A stretch of DNA of 64,000 nucleotides, taken from NCBI GenBank assembly GCA_913049785.1, contig CAJWXP010000002.1:24368-88367 (forward strand), read 5' to 3'. This document shows positions 52,640 to 62,154 of the stretch, in pieces. Each line of letters begins with the position of its first letter. Within the stretch, counting starts at the first letter, position 1. The position numbers and the translations under genes are program-made. The DNA comes from an uncultured Dehalococcoidia bacterium (lineage in GTDB: Bacteria > Chloroflexota > Dehalococcoidia > Lucifugimonadales > UBA1127). The notes below the pieces were generated by a model. That model saw only the letters and a list, made by a program, of their open reading frames with translations. It did no database searches and was not told the origin of the DNA.

Positions 52640-53581
52640 CTACACCTTTGCCAGCGGAGCGGGTACTACCTCTACACACCAATCGCGGTACTTGGGAAGC
52701 CCACCGCGAATGGCCTTGAAGTAGAGGTCCTGCAATGACTTTGTGATGGTCCCTGCCGCGCCGTTCCCGATGGTGCGATGATCCAGTTCACCCATAGGTG
52801 TCACGTGGGCCGCTGTGCCGGTGAGGAACACCTCGTCGGCCAGGTACAGTTCAGCCCTGCCGATGGGTCGTTCCACCGTTTCAATGCCCAACTCGTCCTT
52901 GGCCATCTGCATGATGCAACTGCGCGTTATGCCGGGCAGGATGTTTGCCGTTAGCGGCGGGGTCACCAGTGCGCCGTTCTTGACCACGAACAAGTTCTCA
53001 CCGCTGCCCTCGGCCACGTGGCCGTCGTTGTTCAGGAAAATGGCCTCGTCAAAGCCTGCCAGCACAGCGTCCGTCTTGGCCAGGATGCTGTTTACATAGC
53101 CCGCGCTGAGCTTCACGCGGGGCGGCATCATCGTCTCGTCGATGCGCCGCCAGCTTGCGGTCATGCATCGGACTATGGGCACTTCTATATACTCGCCAAA
53201 GGGCACCGCGATGATCGTCAGGCCGTCCTCCAACTCATGGAGTTTGAGGTTGGCCACCCGCTCGGCGCTCTTGTATGCCAGGGGACGGATGTACATGTCC
53301 TCGCGATAGCCGGTACGTTTCACAAGGTCGATGGTGATGTTGACCAACTCTTCAGCGGTGAAGGGGAGCACCATGCGCAGTATCGAAGCGCCCTCTGCCA
53401 AGCGCTTGAAGTGTTCCAGTGGCCTGAATATGAAGAGCTTTTCTTCTTCAGCGTTCCAGTTGCAGCGGATGCCCTCAAAGACTGCGGTGCCGTAGTGCAG
53501 GGCGTGGGTCATGACACCTACCTTCGCCTCTGACGCGGGAATGAACTCGCCGCCGAAATAGGCTAAAGGTGTTGGTGCCAT
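52640..53581 (-). CDS. ilvE: Branched-chain amino acid aminotransferase
   Basis: A fold type IV aminotransferase with the motifs HALHYGTAVFEG, the EGSGEN.F region and LPGITR. Confidence 0.92.
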   Translation of the reverse strand: MAPTPLAYFGGEFIPASEAKVGVMTHALHYGTAVFEGIRCNWNAEEEKLFIFRPLEHFKRLAEGASILRMVLPFTAEELVNITIDLVKRTGYREDMYIRPLAYKSAERVANLKLHELEDGLTIIAVPFGEYIEVPIVRCMTASWRRIDETMMPPRVKLSAGYVNSILAKTDAVLAGFDEAIFLNNDGHVAEGSGENLFVVKNGALVTPPLTANILPGITRSCIMQMAKDELGIETVERPIGRAELYLADEVFLTGTAAHVTPMGELDHRTIGNGAAGTITKSLQDLYFKAIRGGLPKYRDWCVEVVPAPLAKV

Positions 53582-53664
53582 GACTTGCTCCTCCTGAGGA
53601 CTATCGTCGATTTCGTAGCGATATTATATGCACAGCTACGATTGAGGGCAAGTTTCAGGTCGCG

Positions 53665-53877
53665 CTAATCCTCATTTACCGGACGCAGGCCTACCATCAC
53701 CAGGATTCCCAGGATCAACGTGGGTATGGTGAGAAGGGTGGCAATGATTGCCTCGCTGTAGGTTATTGGCATGGAGAGATAATTCTCTTCGTTGGCAACG
53801 GAAAGGAATGCCTCCGCTATCACTAGACCCACCACCACGATCGTCCACGAGGAAAGCGCTATCAACACTAATCGCAT
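53665..53877 (-). CDS. Small two-TM membrane protein
   Basis: 70 aa with two hydrophobic helices. No motif was recognised. Confidence 0.45.
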   Translation of the reverse strand: MRLVLIALSSWTIVVVGLVIAEAFLSVANEENYLSMPITYSEAIIATLLTIPTLILGILVMVGLRPVNED

Positions 53878-54383
53878 GCCACCCCTCCACCACGTTCCGT
53901 TAAGCGGAGGTTAACATAAGGCTTTCATCGCGGCAAAGGATGGATGGCTTCGGCTAAGACACCACAGCATCGAATGCAATCTTGTAGGCCTTCCCGACCT
54001 CAGATATCGTCATGATTGGCGTGCTACTGGCTCCAGGCCATCCATCCACAACTCTGTGAGTTGGGCTACCGCCATTATCTGAGCCACCGAAATGTTGTCC
54101 GTCTGTATTGAATCCACAGTACCCTCCCCTGGTGCTGTCGAGCACATGTCAATCACTTACGTGTACCCGATCAGAAGTATTTGGTGATTGTCCAGAGTCG
54201 TTCCATCTGCGTCGTTTCAAACTCGAAAGACGGACTGAAACTATGCCCCAAGAAAATCGTTTGGGTGAAACTAGCATGAGAGTTCAATAAAGGGAAGGAA
54301 TACTGTTCTACACATAACGTATTCTGTAGGCATGGAGAGGAAATGTGGGTGTTTATGCTTTGTTTATGCCGTATTCACGTACT

Positions 54384-54467
54384 TCAATCGCCCTTCATCC
54401 ACCAGACCACCACGCCGAACAAGGCGGCGATTCCCACTAGAACCCCCAGGGTGATGAGCCATTCCAT
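54384..54467 (-). CDS. Mini-ORF encoding a 27-aa single-TM peptide
   Basis: The peptide is MEWLITLGVLVGIAALFGVVVWWMKGD. A GGGAGG SD lies about 6 nt upstream. The ORF is below the length cutoff of the ORF track. Confidence 0.4.
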   Translation of the reverse strand: MEWLITLGVLVGIAALFGVVVWWMKGD

Positions 54468-54529
54468 CTTCAGCCTCCCTAACTGCTATCTACGCGACTC
54501 ATTAATGCCGCTTTTGGAAAACTGCAAAA

Positions 54530-54949
54530 TCATAGGGTGGAGACCCAGATGATGCCGAGGCCACTGAACAATACCAGCAGACCAAACATGGTCAGCATCA
54601 GCCGGAGTTGCGTCTGCTCGTCGCGCTCTCTTGCTACCAGCGATTCTTGTCTCTTGCCTTGGATATCACGAAGTAATCCAACCACGTTCACCGTCAGTAG
54701 ACTGATGCTGTAGAGGAAGATCGGAGCGCTGAGGAGGAACCATTTGATGAACCCATCCTCCCATAGACAACCTGCAATGATGGGGAAGACGCCGAACCCT
54801 ATTACGGCTACCAGCAAGTTTCTCAGGTGATCCCTATGGAGCGGGGCCCATGCTATCTCACCCGGCAACAAGGGGTTTCTCAGAGTGAGTATCCAGCGGA
54901 GCCCCCCAACGGCCAGACTCCATGCCATCAAAGCCAGAATGCACTCCAT
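54530..54949 (-). CDS. Hypothetical four-TM membrane protein
   Basis: 139 aa, hydrophobic. No motif was recognised. Confidence 0.55.
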   Translation of the reverse strand: MECILALMAWSLAVGGLRWILTLRNPLLPGEIAWAPLHRDHLRNLLVAVIGFGVFPIIAGCLWEDGFIKWFLLSAPIFLYSISLLTVNVVGLLRDIQGKRQESLVARERDEQTQLRLMLTMFGLLVLFSGLGIIWVSTL

Positions 54950-55008
54950 GACGGTCTACTGCACTACTTGTCGAACGGTTGCGATGGTTTGGATGTTGAT
55001 GCTGAACG

Positions 55009-55116
55009 TCATCGCTGTGCCAAATACGCCCATGCGAGCACCAGCGCAGGGACGATGACGAAAATAAATGCGATGGTGATCTTTGTACCTTGGCTTTTGG
55101 GTTTTTCGTTTGGCAT
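55009..55116 (-). CDS. Mini-ORF encoding a 35-aa single-TM peptide
   Basis: The peptide is MPNEKPKSQGTKITIAFIFVIVPALVLAWAYLAQR. It starts 5 nt after the amidohydrolase stop, and a GGAG lies within that gene's last codons. Confidence 0.4.
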   Translation of the reverse strand: MPNEKPKSQGTKITIAFIFVIVPALVLAWAYLAQR

Positions 55117-55121
55117 TGAAT

Positions 55122-56252
55122 TTACTCCGGCACAGATAGGTCGTAGAGCTTGGACACATTGTCCACCGTGGTGGTCCGTCTCACATCATCAGGCATTCCT
55201 TCAAAGACCATCTCCAGGACTTCCTGAGAGTGGGGCCAGACGGAATCGTGGTGAGGGAAGTCGTTGCCCCACATCATCGTCTCGACGCCAATGGAATCCC
55301 TGGTCAGCATGCCGGGTCTATCGTCCTCAAAGGTGGCGTAGAACTGCCTTCGCCAGTATTCGCTTGGTTTCATATCCAGGTACTCCGGTACGGATTTTCT
55401 GCTGCGATAGACCGAGTGATCCATGCGTTCAAGCCAGTTGGCTACCCAACCGGTGTTGAACTCTGCTGCTACGAATTTGAGCTTAGGGAAATGATGGGCC
55501 ACCCCTCCGGCAATCAAGTCAGCAAGAGTGTACTGGATCAACGTGGGAGCGCTAGAGTAGGCGGTGATGACATCGGCTTGTTCAAGACCGGTGACCCCGC
55601 CGTTGGGCTGGGTGAATATGTGCATGCTAATGGAGATACCTGCCTCCTCTGCCGTAGCCCACACCGGGTCATAGACAGGGTCTGAGTATCGTGTGCCATC
55701 GGGAGCCGCACACGGGATGCACGCACCTGTATAGCCTTTGGCTATCACCCTCTTTAACTCCTGATGCGCGACAACCGGATCCTGCATGACCAACAACGCT
55801 AACCCTGTCAGGCGACCAGGTACGGCAGCGCAGAAGTCCCAGAGCCAATCGTTGTAGTTGCGGAATGCTGCTCCCAGTACTTCAGCGTCCGGAATGCCGA
55901 ACAGTCGCATGAAGACACTGGGGTAGATGACCTCGCTCCATACGCCATCGATGTCCATAGCTTTCGTGCGTTCCACCGGGTCTACCAGCGCGGGTTTCAG
56001 ACCGTCATAGCCCAGGGCGACGAGGCGATGGGTCTCAGGGTCGTCCAGGCTCATTCCAGCGATGCCCAGCCTGCCCACCCCACCGATGGTCGCGTTGAGT
56101 CGTGTGCCTGATGCAGGGATATCGATGTAATCGCCCTTACCCTCTTCATGCACCACACGGGGAGCCCGGTCGCCGAACTTCTCTGCCAGCCCCAGGAAAA
56201 CGTCGCGCGCTTCCAGGATGTGCGAGTCCGCAGATATCGCGAGTCGGGCCAT
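55122..56252 (-). CDS. Amidohydrolase-2 family protein (ACMSD-like metal-dependent hydrolase/decarboxylase)
   Basis: ISADSHI at the N-terminus, an internal HIF.. region and WGNDFPHHD near the C-terminus are present. 376 aa. Confidence 0.8.
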   Translation of the reverse strand: MARLAISADSHILEARDVFLGLAEKFGDRAPRVVHEEGKGDYIDIPASGTRLNATIGGVGRLGIAGMSLDDPETHRLVALGYDGLKPALVDPVERTKAMDIDGVWSEVIYPSVFMRLFGIPDAEVLGAAFRNYNDWLWDFCAAVPGRLTGLALLVMQDPVVAHQELKRVIAKGYTGACIPCAAPDGTRYSDPVYDPVWATAEEAGISISMHIFTQPNGGVTGLEQADVITAYSSAPTLIQYTLADLIAGGVAHHFPKLKFVAAEFNTGWVANWLERMDHSVYRSRKSVPEYLDMKPSEYWRRQFYATFEDDRPGMLTRDSIGVETMMWGNDFPHHDSVWPHSQEVLEMVFEGMPDDVRRTTTVDNVSKLYDLSVPE

Positions 56253-56334
56253 GTCTGTCTCCCTTATTCCTATCAGGTCTAACTACGTTGTCAGGCGCAA
56301 CATCGGTTCGTTTTAAGATACTCGATTGGCTCGA

Positions 56335-57795
56335 TTACTTTCCAGCGTTTCGTGTCGGGAATGCGGGTGGCGTGATGGTTTCCACATCTCGGTTGGCCCA
56401 ATCCCGTGCGGCCCAGCCGTCCCATCCTACTGTGGCCGCTGCCTGTGCTCTGGCGTAGATGTCGGCCTCGTCGACTCGAGTGGATGTGCCGTTGTCGATG
56501 ACCACTTCGCCCGCAACGATCACCGTTTCCACGTCCTTGCCGGTCCCGAAGTCTACCAGTGCGGTCACGGGGTCTCGCATAGGGCCGTAGCTGATGTCCT
56601 TGAGGTTAATGACCAGCAGGTCTGCTGCCGAACCCTCAGCGAGTCGACCCAGGTCTGGCCTACCCAGCGCGTCTGCTCCCCACACTGTGGCAGCATTGAA
56701 CAGGTCTGCTGGCCTGCCAGCCATGTGCGTGCCGTCAACTACCCTGGCAATGCGTGACGCGTAGCGCATCTCCGCAATGATGTCCAAAGGGTAGGTGTCT
56801 GTGCCAATACCCACGTTCACGCCCTGCTGCAGATACCTATCGAAAGACTCCAAGGCAAAGCCCATCTTGGCGTATTTGTGAGGGCAGTGGCCGACGGTCG
56901 TTCCCGTCTCGGCGAGGATTTCAACCTCGTCGCCAACGGGGTACATCATGCCGGAGTGGCCGGAGACGAATACAGCGTGACCGACTATGGTCTTCTCCCC
57001 CAGGACGCCGTTCTCATAGAGGTACTCCATGGGCGATTTCTTTGCACGATACACGATCTCAATGAACTCACGGGCGTTGCCACCCACGTGGGTGTGGATG
57101 CCAAGGTTCAGCTTCTTCGCCACGGCGGCGGTCTCCTGCAACATTGCGGCATCGCACGTCTCAGCCTGGTTGGGGCTCAGGATGGCTTGAAGCCGACCGT
57201 CACAGGCGCCGTCATGCTTTTCGATGAACGCCATGGCTTCATCGAAACTCTGTCGCCCCTTGTCTGGTCGCTCTTCGTAGTAGTGGCCGCCATCGGCGTC
57301 CGTGTAGGTGTCGTGGCTCCGGTATCGTGGCGAGAAGAACGATCGCAGCCCGATCTTATCGACAAGGGCCACGTAGTCGTCGTAATCGCCAGCACCGCCG
57401 CCGGGGTCAAGGATGGTGGTTGAGCCGTTGCGCAGTGCAGAGAGCATGGAGAACTCCCTACCCACCTTGACGCCCTCCGGTGTCTGACCGGGCCTACGAT
57501 CCTTTGGTGGAGCACCGTAGACGAAGTAGTTTGCGCCCAGATAGTCTCGCTTGGTTACGTCCGTCACCAGGTAGTCTCCCACGTTCAACTGCGTGTGGAC
57601 GTGAAGGTTGATGAAGCCGGGACTCACCAACTTATCTGAAGCATCTATCACGTGGTCTGCGGGCCTTTTCTCATAGCCCACATACGTGACCTTGTCCCCT
57701 TCAATCAGTACGGAGCCGCCGGGTATGAGTTCATGCCCCTCGCCGTTCCAGCCAATGACCACTCCACCGTCTACCCTGAGTGTCCCGTTCTTCAT
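56335..57795 (-). CDS. Amidohydrolase family protein (TRZ/ATZ / SsnA-like deaminase-chlorohydrolase group)
   Basis: The motifs VSPGFINLHVHT (HxH), HTHVGG, GHAVF and GTDT are present. The start was set at the ATG at 57795. Confidence 0.8.
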   Translation of the reverse strand: MKNGTLRVDGGVVIGWNGEGHELIPGGSVLIEGDKVTYVGYEKRPADHVIDASDKLVSPGFINLHVHTQLNVGDYLVTDVTKRDYLGANYFVYGAPPKDRRPGQTPEGVKVGREFSMLSALRNGSTTILDPGGGAGDYDDYVALVDKIGLRSFFSPRYRSHDTYTDADGGHYYEERPDKGRQSFDEAMAFIEKHDGACDGRLQAILSPNQAETCDAAMLQETAAVAKKLNLGIHTHVGGNAREFIEIVYRAKKSPMEYLYENGVLGEKTIVGHAVFVSGHSGMMYPVGDEVEILAETGTTVGHCPHKYAKMGFALESFDRYLQQGVNVGIGTDTYPLDIIAEMRYASRIARVVDGTHMAGRPADLFNAATVWGADALGRPDLGRLAEGSAADLLVINLKDISYGPMRDPVTALVDFGTGKDVETVIVAGEVVIDNGTSTRVDEADIYARAQAAATVGWDGWAARDWANRDVETITPPAFPTRNAGK

Positions 57796-58127
57796 GTTCG
57801 CTCCATTGCTTCGCTTATAAGATGGCCGTTGCTTCCGTAGGGTGCACAAAACTTGCAGGGATATTCTCAATGGTGGCTCCTTTGATGGCAAGTCAACCAC
57901 TGGCGCCAAGAGGGATGACACATGCAATGAGCCCTACACATGATCTCCACCACAAATATGATAAAAGTGTGAAATCAGAGTAAGATACGAAACTGACTAG
58001 GTATCAAGGTCGAGCAAAGATTAACAAAAATTCAGAAATATTCGACGTATTATCTAGTTGAGGGGTAATAGCTGACCGAATCCGGGTAATCTTAGCGGAT
58101 GATTACATTCCCTATCGATGGGCGCTT

Positions 58128-58877
58128 ATGGCTGTCCTGGCAGACGACCCTTCGATAGCCGTGATAGAAGAAGCTTCCGACGGCGAGGAAGCGGTTCGGA
58201 AAGCCCTTGCATTGCAATCGGACGTTCTGGTGTCTGACCTCCATATGCCCATCATGGACGGACATGAGGTGACACGGCACCTAAGAGAGAAGGCCCCCGG
58301 AATCAAAGTCATCATCAACACCATTTCAGAGAATGAGTCTGACCTGGAGACGGCTCTTAAGAGCGGCGCACGGGGATACCTATTAAAGGAAGATGCCCAG
58401 GAGTTGGTTGTCGAAGCTATTCGGTACGTCCACCCGGGGGGTATCTTGGTATTGCCATCTATGGCAGAGAAGCTTTACGTCGAACGATCACAGTCGACTC
58501 CCACAGAGACCGCGATGCCTGAATTGGAAGATGATGCTCTGGCCGACGAAGATTCAGATACCTTCAGGCTGTCTGAACTGGAAATGGATATGTTGGTAGG
58601 GGAGGCCGAACTCATCATCACCCCGCCAGTTGAGCCCACAGCGGTGCTGAACCTTCATGATTGGTTGACACACGAGCTTGAGGGAAAGGTAGACGAAGTC
58701 GTCCCCTCTTTGGTTGGGGACACCCTTCTTTCAGTGTCGTTTGAAGAGCCAGTCTCTCTGGCTCGCATGGTGGCCAACCACCCATTGGTGCGGGCTGTGG
58801 CCAAAGAGTTTTCTCCAATAAGCAGGGATAACCCTACCCATATCGGCCTCTTCCGACTTCGACTCGATATGGCTTAG
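58128..58877 (+). CDS. Response-regulator receiver protein with an unrecognised C-terminal domain
   Basis: The receiver is intact (DD, phospho-acceptor VLVSDLHMP, T in NTIS, K in YLLK). The last about 120 aa show no LuxR HTH. The reading frame is open from 58062 (..IRVILADDYIPYRWAL-M), but no ATG, GTG or TTG occurs there. Confidence 0.75.
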   Translation: MAVLADDPSIAVIEEASDGEEAVRKALALQSDVLVSDLHMPIMDGHEVTRHLREKAPGIKVIINTISENESDLETALKSGARGYLLKEDAQELVVEAIRYVHPGGILVLPSMAEKLYVERSQSTPTETAMPELEDDALADEDSDTFRLSELEMDMLVGEAELIITPPVEPTAVLNLHDWLTHELEGKVDEVVPSLVGDTLLSVSFEEPVSLARMVANHPLVRAVAKEFSPISRDNPTHIGLFRLRLDMA

Positions 58878-58891
58878 CTCCTCAAGCTTCC

Positions 58892-59728
58892 CTAGTGCAT
58901 CTCGTAGCCGCCAGCCACGTTGATGGACTGCCCGGTCAGGTAGTCCGACTCCGATGAAGCCAAGAACGCCGCTGTCTTTGCGATGTCTGCCGCAACCGCC
59001 AATCGCCCCAACGGCACGGTTGCTGCGCGGTCCCGCACCATGTCAGCCCGATACTCGATTGCCGACTGGCCTTCCGGCGCGGTTGCTGCTGCGATGTAGT
59101 CCACGCGTTCCGTGTCCACCAAGCCGGGGCAGATGGCGTTCACCATGATGTTGTGCTGCGCCAGTTCCAGCGCCAGCGACTGCGTGAAGCCGATCACGCC
59201 GAACTTGGATGCGCAGTAGGCTGCATACATCGCCGTGCCCGTTTTACCTGCCCTTGATGACATGTTGATAATCTTGCCACCGCCGCCTCGCTTGATCATG
59301 TGTCGCGCTACAGCTTGCGAGACCAGGAACGTGCCTTTCAAGTTGACGCGTATCACCAGATCGAAGTCCTCTTCCAGCACATCGACCACCAGCTTCCTAT
59401 CCCCGCCAGGTCGCGACCCTGCATTGTTGACCAGGATGTCTATGTGGCCGAACTCTGCGATGACCTGGTCCACCATCGCCTGCACTTGCGCCGCGTTGCT
59501 CACATCAGCGGTGATGGCCGTGGACTTCCGGCCTAGCGCCTTGATCTCCTCCACCACCTGGGTCACGCCGCCCCATGTTCCTGGGCGATCATCATAAGGG
59601 TTTATCGTCAGGTCGTTGACCACCACGTCAGCGCCTTCCAACGCTAGCCGAGTCGCAATGCCTCTGCCGATGCCGTTCTCTCCGCCTGCCCCGGTGACCA
59701 GCGCTACTTTGCCTTCAAACCCGTACAT
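58892..59728 (-). CDS. SDR family oxidoreductase
   Basis: The cofactor motif TGAGGENGIGRG, the NNAG motif and the catalytic YCASK are present. Confidence 0.9.
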   Translation of the reverse strand: MYGFEGKVALVTGAGGENGIGRGIATRLALEGADVVVNDLTINPYDDRPGTWGGVTQVVEEIKALGRKSTAITADVSNAAQVQAMVDQVIAEFGHIDILVNNAGSRPGGDRKLVVDVLEEDFDLVIRVNLKGTFLVSQAVARHMIKRGGGGKIINMSSRAGKTGTAMYAAYCASKFGVIGFTQSLALELAQHNIMVNAICPGLVDTERVDYIAAATAPEGQSAIEYRADMVRDRAATVPLGRLAVAADIAKTAAFLASSESDYLTGQSINVAGGYEMH

Positions 59729-59770
59729 GGTGCTCCTTCAGTGTGTGATGTTTCGATGATCGTGCCAGAG

Positions 59771-60808
59771 TTACGTTATGGGGTCTGAAACGTCTGTGTG
59801 AATTTGTAGCAGGCTGGCGATTGTTTCAGGTGAACGCCTGCCGAACCCGCATTCCGTAGCGACGCCGAACGCTGTGACGACGCGCTGTGCAGCTTCGATT
59901 CTCTGTTGTGTCCCGGCGACTCCATCGGTGAAGTGCACCAGCCCAAGATACAACTCGGTTTCTGAGCCAAGGTTGAGGCCGTTGAGCGGCGCGAAGTAGG
60001 CATCATCGCTTCGGTCGTGAGGAATCGGCATGTGAATCCAGTTGATGGCCCGCCCGATGCCTGACGAGAGGCTGTTTGCAACCTCTACCATGTTTGCCGT
60101 ATTTACGGGCTCCATGAAGTGCTTGTGACCGGAATCGCCGTAGCAGAGGTGGTATCCCAGCTCAACCTCGGCAGGGATCGCATTACCGAGTCGTACGAGA
60201 CCTTCGATAAGGCCCTTCTTGACGCTCTTAGCCGTGTCCGGCGACACACTCTCCCAAATCCTGAACTCGACGGCCACGTCCCACTGGATTGCCAGTTCAT
60301 GGGCGGGGACGAATAACATGATCTCCCCAAGCTCTTCCAGCATTCGACGCTCATACGCCTGCCCGACCACCGCCCGGTCTGCAGCCACCACATAACCTGC
60401 GATGGGTGCCAAGGGTGTGGGAAGGCTGACCTGAAAGCGACAGCCCTCTGGTATCCGGTCCTCCTGCTTCAGGCGTGAGAACTCTGCGTAGGATGATTTT
60501 GCAGCGGCCGAGTAGCCTAGTTGGCCGAACGTCAATGGGTCTGAAGCGGTTTCAGGCCGAAGACGATACTGCTGCTGTGCTGTGTACGAGTCCGGATCTG
60601 CAGGGGCCAGGTCAAACATCGGATGGTTCAAAAATACCTGGAGCTGCCAACGTATCCAACCACTTCGTTCACCGGTCTCTCCGTCCGGCATGCGGCGTAA
60701 CCTGGTGCCAAGGGATGAACTGAGCGCCTGAAATACCTCGGCTGAATCCTTGAGTGGAATGCTTCCTACCAGGTGGACTCCTTTGGGCTTTGTTGAAGAC
60801 GTAGTCAT
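59771..60808 (-). CDS. UROD/MetE-like TIM-barrel protein (cobalamin-independent methionine-synthase-like; tentative)
   Basis: 345 aa. The pattern GYHLCYGDSGHKH is reminiscent of MetE-type Zn ligands. The family assignment is unverified. Confidence 0.5.
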   Translation of the reverse strand: MTTSSTKPKGVHLVGSIPLKDSAEVFQALSSSLGTRLRRMPDGETGERSGWIRWQLQVFLNHPMFDLAPADPDSYTAQQQYRLRPETASDPLTFGQLGYSAAAKSSYAEFSRLKQEDRIPEGCRFQVSLPTPLAPIAGYVVAADRAVVGQAYERRMLEELGEIMLFVPAHELAIQWDVAVEFRIWESVSPDTAKSVKKGLIEGLVRLGNAIPAEVELGYHLCYGDSGHKHFMEPVNTANMVEVANSLSSGIGRAINWIHMPIPHDRSDDAYFAPLNGLNLGSETELYLGLVHFTDGVAGTQQRIEAAQRVVTAFGVATECGFGRRSPETIASLLQIHTDVSDPIT

Positions 60809-60880
60809 AGAGCCTCTCCATGAGAATAGTGACTTCTTCCTTGGGTAACCGACGGGTCAGACGGGCTCAGGATGAACCAT

Positions 60881-60919
60881 GCCCCCCGGATGTAGGGTCT
60901 TTAGTCCCCTCGCCTCAGC
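60881..60919 (-). repeat. GGGGACTAAAG-motif repeat copy
   Basis: The minus strand reads gctgaggcgaggggactaaagaccctacatccgggggg, comparable with gctgcgaggggactaaagggcatattgcccccgg at 40101. Confidence 0.55.
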
Positions 60920-60943
60920 GATATATGCAGGGCCTCGCACTGG

Positions 60944-62026
60944 TTATTCGACGGAGTAGGCTTCCAACGCAGCTTCGTCGAACTCCAGGCCTAGCCCTGG
61001 CCGTTGTGTGAGGATGATCTGCCCGTTCTCCACCTTGGGGGTGTCCCTGAACAGGGGTAGACTCCAGGGCATGTACTCTACCGTCAGACCGTTGGGGATC
61101 GCGCACATGGCGTGGGCCATGATCTCCGGCGCAAGGTGGCTCACCACTGGCAGGTTGAAGGCCTCCGCCATGTGGGCGACCTTCATCCACTGGGTGAGTC
61201 CTCCAACGCGCAGCAGATCGATCATCACGATGTCGATGGAGCGGCTCTCCAACATGGTCCGGAATGGTGCGATGCCGTAGTGGTACTCACCGGCGGCGAT
61301 GGGCGTGTCCAGTGCATCGGCTATGCGAGCAAGGCCTGCGTAGTCCTGGTGGTTGGTGGGATCCTCAAGCCAGTAGAGGTTGTACTTCTCAAGCTCCCTT
61401 CCGATCATGATGGATTGGTTCACGTCCCAACCCTGGTTGATATCGATCATCAAGTCCACGTCCGGGCCCACTGCGTCTCGCATGACTCGCATCCGTGCGA
61501 TCTCTTTGGCGGGCGAGTCCTCACCACCAAGACGGAACTTCATGGAGCGATATCCCTCGTCGACGAGCTTACGGGCCGTTGTGCCGAGAACCTCCAGGTC
61601 AAAGTTGCGCCATAGGAAGCCGCTGGCGTATGTGGGCATCCGGTCGCGATAGCCGCCCAGCAGCTTGTGGACGGGCTGCCCCAGCGCTTTGCCTTTGATG
61701 TCCCATAGCGCTACGTCGATTGCAGCTACCGTGCGAGTGACCAGGCCGGACGGTGCGCCTGTACCGCCAAGGGTCATGAGCCTCTTCCCTATGGCCTCAA
61801 CATCCATGGGGTCGCTGCCGATGGCCTGCTCCGTCAGCGCATACACGGAGTCGTTCAGCGCCTTCAGCATGACATCGCTGATGAACCCCGCGTAGCCGAT
61901 GCCCTCAATGCCCTCGTCCGTCTTGATGGTCAACGCCACAAACGGGGCTGAGTCCGCTCCACCGGACAGCGGGCCGGCAGCGCGCGGGACTTTGACTGCT
62001 TTTGTTTTGAAGCTAACGATCTTCAA
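60944..62026 (-). CDS. Mandelate racemase/muconate lactonizing enzyme family protein (enolase superfamily)
   Basis: The N-terminus is (M)KIVSFKTKAVKVP. The barrel region carries KFRLGG, DINQGW, WLEDP and GEY residues. The likely start is the TTG at 62026, after GGGAGGGG; the listed ORF starts 7 codons upstream. Confidence 0.85.
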   Translation of the reverse strand: MKIVSFKTKAVKVPRAAGPLSGGADSAPFVALTIKTDEGIEGIGYAGFISDVMLKALNDSVYALTEQAIGSDPMDVEAIGKRLMTLGGTGAPSGLVTRTVAAIDVALWDIKGKALGQPVHKLLGGYRDRMPTYASGFLWRNFDLEVLGTTARKLVDEGYRSMKFRLGGEDSPAKEIARMRVMRDAVGPDVDLMIDINQGWDVNQSIMIGRELEKYNLYWLEDPTNHQDYAGLARIADALDTPIAAGEYHYGIAPFRTMLESRSIDIVMIDLLRVGGLTQWMKVAHMAEAFNLPVVSHLAPEIMAHAMCAIPNGLTVEYMPWSLPLFRDTPKVENGQIILTQRPGLGLEFDEAALEAYSVE

Positions 62027-62154
62027 CGACCCCTCCCGATGACACAAATGCCGAATTTGTCAGTTCGATTCACCGGTCATTGCAAAAATCCGCGCCCATC
62101 AACGATGAAAGTAAGCACGGAATTTGCACTTTGGCTGAGTAATTGTCCAGAGTG

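Noticed and set aside
53954-54145. A 63-aa Gly-rich ORF (MLDSTRGGYCGFNTDG...) might be a bacteriocin-like precursor.
   Set aside because: It has a GTG start without an SD and lies in a low-GC gap. Its composition is unlike neighbouring genes, and no processing or export genes are present. I keep it only as part of the unexplained gap.
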